DNA of 32,000 nt, from NCBI RefSeq assembly GCF_003044035.1, contig NZ_NVQC01000022.1:210001-242000 (forward strand), read 5' to 3'. Made by a program: the position numbers and the translations under genes. Numbering within the stretch: position 1 is the first letter of the stretch; the number at the start of each line of letters is the position of its first letter. The DNA is from Candidatus Methylomirabilis limnetica. GTDB lineage: Bacteria; Methylomirabilota; Methylomirabilia; Methylomirabilales; Methylomirabilaceae. Of this stretch, positions 25,369 to 30,659 are shown piece after piece. The notes beneath the pieces are model-generated. The model was not told the origin of the DNA, searched no databases, and saw nothing but the letters and a program-made list of their open reading frames with translations.

Positions 25369-25663
25369 ATATAGGGACAGACACTATTTATTGAAAACCT
25401 TTCTTGGCCTTCCACTCTGCAGCACGTGTATTACTCATCCAGTTTCCTGCGCACATCCCAGATGACCCCGTCTCTTCCAGTGGCCGTTCTGTCATCGTGT
25501 GCCTTTGAATCGCTGTCGTTCCTAAAGACCGCCTGACGATAATTCCCTCGTTGCCTCACATGATACGGGTGGCCGGATGCATACTGTTCGAGTAATCCGT
25601 GGCATGCACGATCATGACTGCGAACACCACAAATTGTCACGATAATAGTGTCTGTCCCTATTT
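25369..25663 (-). mobile_element. ~290-bp non-autonomous element, copy 3
   Basis: Ends ATATAGGGACAGACACTATT and AATAGTGTCTGTCCCTATTT. The right terminus word CCTATTTTT is reiterated just outside the element (to 25676). Confidence 0.8.
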
Positions 25664-25943
25664 TTCCTATTTTTCGTGCTGGGCGCTGACTGGGGTGACC
25701 TGAGGACTCCCAGGAACGGGACGAGGGGCATGGGAGGACGAGGGAGGAGTACTTGTCTCGGATTGGGTGATTCGGGTCCCAAGAGGCCGCTGAGCGGGTG
25801 AGCCCGCGTACAGAGACGTGCTCCTCGTGGGCCATGCTGGTCACGGGGTCTTCAAACCGTCGTGATCGGTTCACAATGGGATTATGGCAAAGGCTATCTC
25901 TGTTTTTGGGCACATCCTGCAACGAGACAATCGGCCGGTTTCA

Positions 25944-26171
25944 CTATTTGTTAGAAGCGTGAAGGAATTGCTCAACCGTTAATCCCGCCTTGGAGATAAG
26001 ACTGCGGAGGGTCCCGCGTGCAACTTCTGGGTGGTTAGGGATGGAGAGAGTGACGCTGTGGCCTGGTTTCGTCATGATAATGTGACTTCCCTTTTGTCGA
26101 ACTACTTGCCAACCTAGCGTTTGGAAGATTTGCGCTGCTTCAGATGGGCGAAGAATAGGGGCGGACGGCAT
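25944..26171 (-). CDS. hicA: HicA mRNA-interferase toxin
   Basis: 75 aa. LGWQVVRQKGSHIIMTKPGHSVTLSIPNHPEVARGTLRSLISKAGL is the YcfA/HicA signature. The start overlaps the hicB stop by 1 nt. Confidence 0.9.
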   Translation of the reverse strand: MPSAPILRPSEAAQIFQTLGWQVVRQKGSHIIMTKPGHSVTLSIPNHPEVARGTLRSLISKAGLTVEQFLHASNK

Positions 26172-26377
26172 TACACGGCGACTTCAACTTGACGCGTCGT
26201 GACAGTCAACGGCATGCCCATTTCAGCCCGAACTTCCAGACATTGCCTGATTGCATCCTGAATGTTGGCCTGAGCTTCCTCCTCCGTCTTGCCTTGACTG
26301 ACGCAGCCGGGAATGGCCGGACATTCCGCGACGTATATTCCGTCTTCGTCGCGTGTGATGACTATTGTGAATTTCAT
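26171..26377 (-). CDS. hicB: HicB-family antitoxin (short, RNase H-like fold only)
   Basis: I chose the internal start at 26377, which is preceded by AGGAGGAGCC. MKFTIVITRDEDGIYVAECPAIPGCVSQGKTEEEAQANIQDAI is a typical HicB N-domain. Confidence 0.85.
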   Translation of the reverse strand: MKFTIVITRDEDGIYVAECPAIPGCVSQGKTEEEAQANIQDAIRQCLEVRAEMGMPLTVTTRQVEVAV

Positions 26378-26562
26378 GTTGGCTCCTCCTTCTTGGAGTA
26401 TCCGCCGATAACAGAAGAATTGCAACTGTCCAGAAAAGATAGGTCTATCTCCGGGTTTCGCAACAGAGAGAATGTGATTTGAGGTCCTGTTCATAGGAGT
26501 CCGGTGGCCTTTTCAAGGTATCCGGAATTTGCCCAGGATATCAACGCCCCCGATCGTCAGGG

Positions 26563-26853
26563 ATATCGGGACGGACGCTATTTATTGAAATCCTTTCTTG
26601 ATCTTCCCCTCTGCACCACGTGTATGACTCGTCCAGTTTCCTGCTTCCCAGATAAACCCATCTCTTCGCAGTGGTCGCTCTGTCATCGTGTGCCTTCGAA
26701 TCGCTGTCGTGCCGAAAGACCGCCTGATGATCATTCCCTCGTTGCGTCACATGATACGGGCGGCCGGGTACAACTGTTCGGGTAATCCGTGGCATGCACG
26801 ATCATGACTGCGAACACCACGAATTGTTGCAATAATAGTGTCTGTCCCTATTT
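26563..26853 (-). mobile_element. ~290-bp non-autonomous element, copy 4 (only copy with an unbroken RayT-like N-terminal frame)
   Basis: The left end is degenerate (ATATCGGGACGGACGCTATT); the right end is AATAGTGTCTGTCCCTATTT. The minus strand encodes MPRITRTVVPGRPYHVTQRGNDHQAVFRHDSD and then loses the family pattern. Confidence 0.8.
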
Positions 26854-27021
26854 TTGATCGAGCAGTGGAAGGGGCTGCCGGTCGGCCCACTCTCTCAGAA
26901 CATCCTTGCATATCCCACCCTCGCCGAAGCGAACCGCCGGACGGCTGATCAGTATTACCGCGAGAAGCTCTTCGGACGCCCGCTCAAGAAGTGGCTCCGG
27001 TTCTTCACGCGCCCGGCCTAA
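26854..27021 (+). pseudogene. C-terminal remnant of an FAD-dependent pyridine-nucleotide-disulfide oxidoreductase (dimerisation domain)
   Basis: The frame starting right at the element-4 boundary reads LIEQWKGLPVGPLSQNILAYPTLAEANRRTADQYYREKLF...KWLRFFTRPA*. The block xxAYPTLAEA resembles the conserved HPTLSE motif. No upstream part exists. Confidence 0.45.
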
Positions 27022-27132
27022 GAAAGTGCTCTCTGTCCCTTCCGTTGTATCTATGGCTCCCCACCGCAAGTTCTCTGCTAGGCCTATCGATAAGGGGTAC
27101 CTACCGCGTTGGCAAGCCGCTTCATTTTTTAC

Positions 27133-27174
27133 TTGACACTATTAACTTTGTTTGAGTAGCATTGCTAAACAAAG
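27133..27174 (+). promoter_or_regulatory. Putative promoter with overlapping palindromic operator upstream of the HTH-MEDS gene
   Basis: TTGACA at 27133-27138, an 18-nt spacer, then TAGCAT. The 8-bp arms CTTTGTTT (27146-27153) and AAACAAAG (27167-27174) flank the -10 element. Confidence 0.35.
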
Positions 27175-27254
27175 TAAACTACTTCAAGGTGGCATGAAAA
27201 CCGGGAAGCGACTTGTCCTATCCATAGCTATTTAATTTAAGGAGATTCACTACC

Positions 27255-27995
27255 ATGAGTGGAGGGCATCTACTGAATACAAAGGAGGCGGCGAAGTTTC
27301 TTGGGGTGAGCGAAGCCTCCGTGCGACGCTGGACTGATGCGGGGACCTTGCCCTGCCAAAGGATCGGAGGTCGAAGAGAGCGGCGGTTTACGAAGGGCCA
27401 TCTCCTCCTCTTCCTAAAGGAAGGGGAGCGCCCAACAGTGACATTCCCCGTGCGGCGAGACCTCGTGATGATTGAAGGGATGGACGTGCGGGTGGGAAGC
27501 CACTTCTGCAACCTTTACAGTAACGATGAAGGGAGAGCTAGGCTTGCTATCCCCTTTCTCAAGGATGGCCTCGAATCTGACCAGACCTGCTTTCTTTTGG
27601 CCACACTTGGAGCGCAGCGAGAGATGCTGCGGGAGCTGGAAAGAGAAGGGGTGGATGTGAAGGAGGCTATGGAACGCCATCAGCTGATCGTGGCCTCTGG
27701 GTTTCCTGGAGCAAAGCAGGCACTGGCCTACTTTGAGAAGGCATTTAATGAAGCCCTGAAATCAAGGCCCGGCCATGTCCGGCTGGTAGGGGATATGACG
27801 TGGGGCTTACAGAGCATGCCGTCCGTAAAGGAGTTGATGGACTTCGAGATGCGACTTAACCTCTTTGCGAAGCGGTTCCCCATGGTGGCGATCTGCCAAT
27901 ACGATGTGAGAAGGTTCAATGGAGTTGCCATTCTTCATGTCCTCAAATGTCACCCGGATGTGTTTGGGTATCACTTTGGGAGGTTTCTGAACTAA
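27255..27995 (+). CDS. Transcriptional regulator: excisionase/MerR-type HTH fused to a MEDS (DcmR-like) sensory domain
   Basis: AAGGAG RBS. N-terminus LLNTKEAAKFLGVSEASVRRWTDAGTLPCQRIGGRRERRF. The MEDS pattern is GSHFCNLYSNDEGRARLAIPFLKDGLESDQTCFLL ... RLVGDMTW ... FEMRLN ... AICQYDVRRF ... CHPDV. Confidence 0.75.
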   Translation: MSGGHLLNTKEAAKFLGVSEASVRRWTDAGTLPCQRIGGRRERRFTKGHLLLFLKEGERPTVTFPVRRDLVMIEGMDVRVGSHFCNLYSNDEGRARLAIPFLKDGLESDQTCFLLATLGAQREMLRELEREGVDVKEAMERHQLIVASGFPGAKQALAYFEKAFNEALKSRPGHVRLVGDMTWGLQSMPSVKELMDFEMRLNLFAKRFPMVAICQYDVRRFNGVAILHVLKCHPDVFGYHFGRFLN

Positions 27996-28417
27996 GGAGG
28001 AAAAAGAAGGAGGAGCGCCGAAATAAAACAGATGTGTTAGGTCGGATAGATGTGGTGGGGTTGGCCACCCCGGCAACCCTGACTCCCTGGTCAGGGCCAC
28101 GCACCGAGCAGTGAGGGGCTGCAAGGGGAATCCTTTTGGCCCCTTCCTGTTTGGTGAGGCATCAGGATCACCAAGGCCAGCCAATAAAAACCAGGGGTGG
28201 GAGGAGGTGAAGAGGTAGATGGTCCACAAAATGGGGTCTTGACACCAGAAGGACAAGATCCTGCGGCAACCCTCTCGGTTGGAAATGCGGGGAAATGACT
28301 GGCAGCGAACAACGCACAATCACCAAGAACGGATCGTATCCAGAAACAATCGAAAGGGGCGAAACGAGTAGGTGCATGCGCTATCGACTTAACCACTCAA
28401 AGGGAGGAGAGAAAGAA

Positions 28418-29671
28418 ATGGAAAGCAGGAGCTTCTATACGCAGCTCAGCCACGCCCCCGTGCGTGCCGCTGGAAATGATGTGGATCTCTCAATCTACCG
28501 AAAGGCCGGCGAGCCCACCTATGGAAAGTTTCAATACAAGGCTCCCGCTGAGGGTCTTGTTCAGGTTAACGGGTCCCATAGCGAAAAGTTCGAGTGGACA
28601 GACAATTTTGAGATTGCCTACACAAAAGTGGGAAGCAAAGGCCCACTCGTGCTCTTCTTACACGGCGTCCCTACGAATCGAGCGCAATGGGAGGACATCC
28701 AGAGGCATGTTGGCAGATTCTGTGAAACCATCGCCATTGACATGCTCGGCATGGGTGAGAGCACCCAACCTCGTCAGTACGGTAAGAAAAAGGACAAGGG
28801 GGACAACGACCGGTGGTACTGGAAACACGATGCCGACTACATCGAAAAGCTCATGCAGCATGAGTATCCTGGTCGGAAGTTTATCTTTGTCGCTGATGAC
28901 TGGGGAAGTGGTATCGCCTCACATCATGCCGCCAAACATAATGATCGCTTGGATGCCCTCGTTCAACTGGATCCCATTGCTTTTGATGGATATCCAGTAA
29001 ACGAGATCCAAGCGATTGGCCGCGCCTCCATGATCCCTAACACACCTGAGGGGGACGCAAGGTTTGCCGCCGCATTCGGTGCGTTTGATCAGACTCTTGC
29101 GCTGATCTACAAGACTTTGGTTCACGACCCGGCTGTGTTCAATCAATACAAACTGAGACGCCTCACATTCCCATATGTTGATGTTGATTATGAGAGGAAC
29201 GGTACTGGAGATGGAGTAACCGATGTTGCGAAATCCACTACCCTTAGACTGAAGATGCACAACATCCGGGTGCTAGCCGATCGTGCAGCGATCCTCAGTC
29301 CTGCACTGCTCTTACCCTATGACGCGAAAAGGAACCCGGAGGGTGTCAAATACGAGGACATTACTGTACCAACGCTCATCATGTGGGGAGAGTACGACAA
29401 TATAATGCCTGCAGCACAAACCCAACGATTTGCGAACGTCCTCGGTACTGACAATGTTCATATAACCTACGTACCTCGTGCAGGTCACTTTGCCGGAATC
29501 GATCAACCAAGGTTCGTTGCGGACACCATCGTCAACTTTATCCGCCGCGTCAAGGGCCGCAAGGCCTTGGCTGATATCAATCTTGGTAACGAGGGTATCT
29601 GGAAGGGGGATGAGCGCCTCCTAATCGAGGAGCTCCGAGCGATTTATGGAATTGAGGTTGAACCCCACTAA
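28418..29671 (+). CDS. Alpha/beta hydrolase, haloalkane-dehalogenase/epoxide-hydrolase-like, with extra N- and C-terminal segments
   Basis: Start chosen at ATG 28418, after AGGGAGGAGAG. LVLFLHGVPTNRAQW (HGxPT), nucleophile elbow FVADDWGSGIA (Asp-Trp), and catalytic His in RAGHFAGIDQP. Local GC is about 50%. Confidence 0.8.
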   Translation: MESRSFYTQLSHAPVRAAGNDVDLSIYRKAGEPTYGKFQYKAPAEGLVQVNGSHSEKFEWTDNFEIAYTKVGSKGPLVLFLHGVPTNRAQWEDIQRHVGRFCETIAIDMLGMGESTQPRQYGKKKDKGDNDRWYWKHDADYIEKLMQHEYPGRKFIFVADDWGSGIASHHAAKHNDRLDALVQLDPIAFDGYPVNEIQAIGRASMIPNTPEGDARFAAAFGAFDQTLALIYKTLVHDPAVFNQYKLRRLTFPYVDVDYERNGTGDGVTDVAKSTTLRLKMHNIRVLADRAAILSPALLLPYDAKRNPEGVKYEDITVPTLIMWGEYDNIMPAAQTQRFANVLGTDNVHITYVPRAGHFAGIDQPRFVADTIVNFIRRVKGRKALADINLGNEGIWKGDERLLIEELRAIYGIEVEPH

Positions 29672-29742
29672 AAAACCCATCGGAGCGAATAATAGATCCA
29701 CGCTATTCGCAGGGTGTCTCCGAGGGGAGCCTGAATCTGGTA

Positions 29743-29904
29743 ATGGTCCAACAGCAAGAACGGCTCCTCACGCAGATCGACGCGGCGATCCGGCGACACA
29801 AGGCGGGGACCTATGGGCGCTACGTCGGGCGTGGCGAGGAGATCCCCCTCGCCCGGCGTTGTGCTCCGCACCAGGAGGAGTATGAGGGGCGGCCGCCTGG
29901 CTAG
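29743..29904 (+). pseudogene. Cys-less DksA/TraR-like remnant (53 codons)
   Basis: MVQQQERLLTQIDAAIRRHKAGTYGRYVGRGEEIPLARR... follows the DksA/TraR pattern L..I..AL.R...GTYG.C..CGE.I...R, but the zinc-finger Cys codons read R/Y/R. Too short for the ORF track. Confidence 0.4.
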
Positions 29905-29919
29905 TAGCCGAAGATCCAG

Positions 29920-29960
29920 TACCATGAAAAAGGAATATTAAGTGTTTGATTTTCATGGTA
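29920..29960. repeat. Conserved-stem hairpin, copy A (TACCATGAAAA / TTTTCATGGTA, 19-nt loop)
   Basis: Read directly. The stem is identical to copy B, while the loop differs at about 7 positions. Confidence 0.7.
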
Positions 29961-30033
29961 TACTCCGCACATGATCAAACGGCCGCTCACCCTCTCACGG
30001 ATCCTGCGCGCCTTGTCGCGAAGCCGCGCAGGG

Positions 30034-30328
30034 ATATAGGGACAGACACTATTTATTGAAATCCTTTCTTGGTCTTCCCCTCTGCTACACGTGTATTACT
30101 TTTCCAGTTTCCTGCGCACCTCCCAGATGACCCCATCCCTTGCCAGTGGTCGCTCTATCATCGTGTACCTCCGAATCGCTGTCGTTCCGAAAGATCGCCT
30201 GGTGATCATTCCCTCGTTGCCTCACATGATACGGGTGGCCGGGTGCTACGATTCGAGCAAGCCGTGGTATGCACGATCATGCCTACGAACACCACGAATC
30301 GTCACGATAATAGTGTCTGTCCCTATTT
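30034..30328 (-). mobile_element. ~290-bp non-autonomous element, copy 5
   Basis: Ends ATATAGGGACAGACACTATT and AATAGTGTCTGTCCCTATTT, followed by the reiterated words CTATTTTA CTATTTTC CTATTTTC (to 30348). Confidence 0.8.
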
Positions 30329-30397
30329 TACTATTTTCCTATTTTCCTGCCCGTCGCCCAGCGCTGCGATCATACTCCTCAGTAAGGCGCTACCGAT

Positions 30398-30436
30398 ACC
30401 ATGAAAAAGGAATATGGCGTATTCGATTTTCATGGT
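30398..30436. repeat. Conserved-stem hairpin, copy B (ACCATGAAAA / TTTTCATGGT)
   Basis: Same 10-bp stem as copy A in the same orientation, with loop aggaatatggcgtattcga. Confidence 0.7.
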
Positions 30437-30513
30437 GCGGCAACTGCTTCCCCGGCCCGCTCCGGGGCAATCCGGTGAAAGGACAGGTTAAAGCTACACG
30501 CTTGAAATAGCCC

Positions 30514-30539
30514 GCAGCGTCAGACGCTGCCCCTTTTTC
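30514..30539 (+). terminator. Intrinsic terminator with no obvious upstream gene
   Basis: GCAGCGT-CAG-ACGCTGC (7-bp stem) followed by CCCTTTTTCG on the plus strand. Confidence 0.5.
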
Positions 30540-30540
30540 G

Positions 30541-30569
30541 TTGACGCTGTGGGCGGTTGCAATTACGAT
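30541..30569 (+). promoter_or_regulatory. Putative promoter of the aconitase gene
   Basis: TTGACG, a 17-nt spacer, then TACGAT. It lies about 90 nt upstream of the ATG at 30660. Confidence 0.4.
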
Positions 30570-30659
30570 GAATGTGAAATGTGTGTGGTTGGTTGTACCG
30601 GCTATAACAAGATCATATGTCTCGATCATGACGATGCCACTGACCGATAGGGTGAAGCG

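Noticed and set aside
25431-25922. 163-aa minus-strand ORF
   Set aside because: It is a chimera. The C-terminal half is the element-3 RayT-like stub read through the element end. The N-terminal half is unrecognisable spacer downstream of hicA.
27807-28396. Minus-strand ORFs of 170 and 101 aa between the MEDS gene and the hydrolase
   Set aside because: They are Pro/Gly/Ser-rich, have no RBS or domain signature, and overlap each other in different frames. I treat the region as a non-coding structured spacer.
29911-29921. 8-nt match (AGATCCAG) between the tRNA-Gln fragment core (23310-23317) and sequence next to hairpin A, considered as a possible second att repeat
   Set aside because: An 8-mer match is expected by chance in 32 kb on two strands. 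No extended tRNA-like similarity surrounds it.
24227-30328. Regularly recurring repeats: a CRISPR array or integron attC sites?
   Set aside because: The repeats are about 290 bp with kb-scale gene-containing intervals, which does not fit CRISPR. There are no cas genes. I could not see attC R''/R' cores (RYYYAAC / GTTRRRY), and there is no intI. They are much longer than attC sites.
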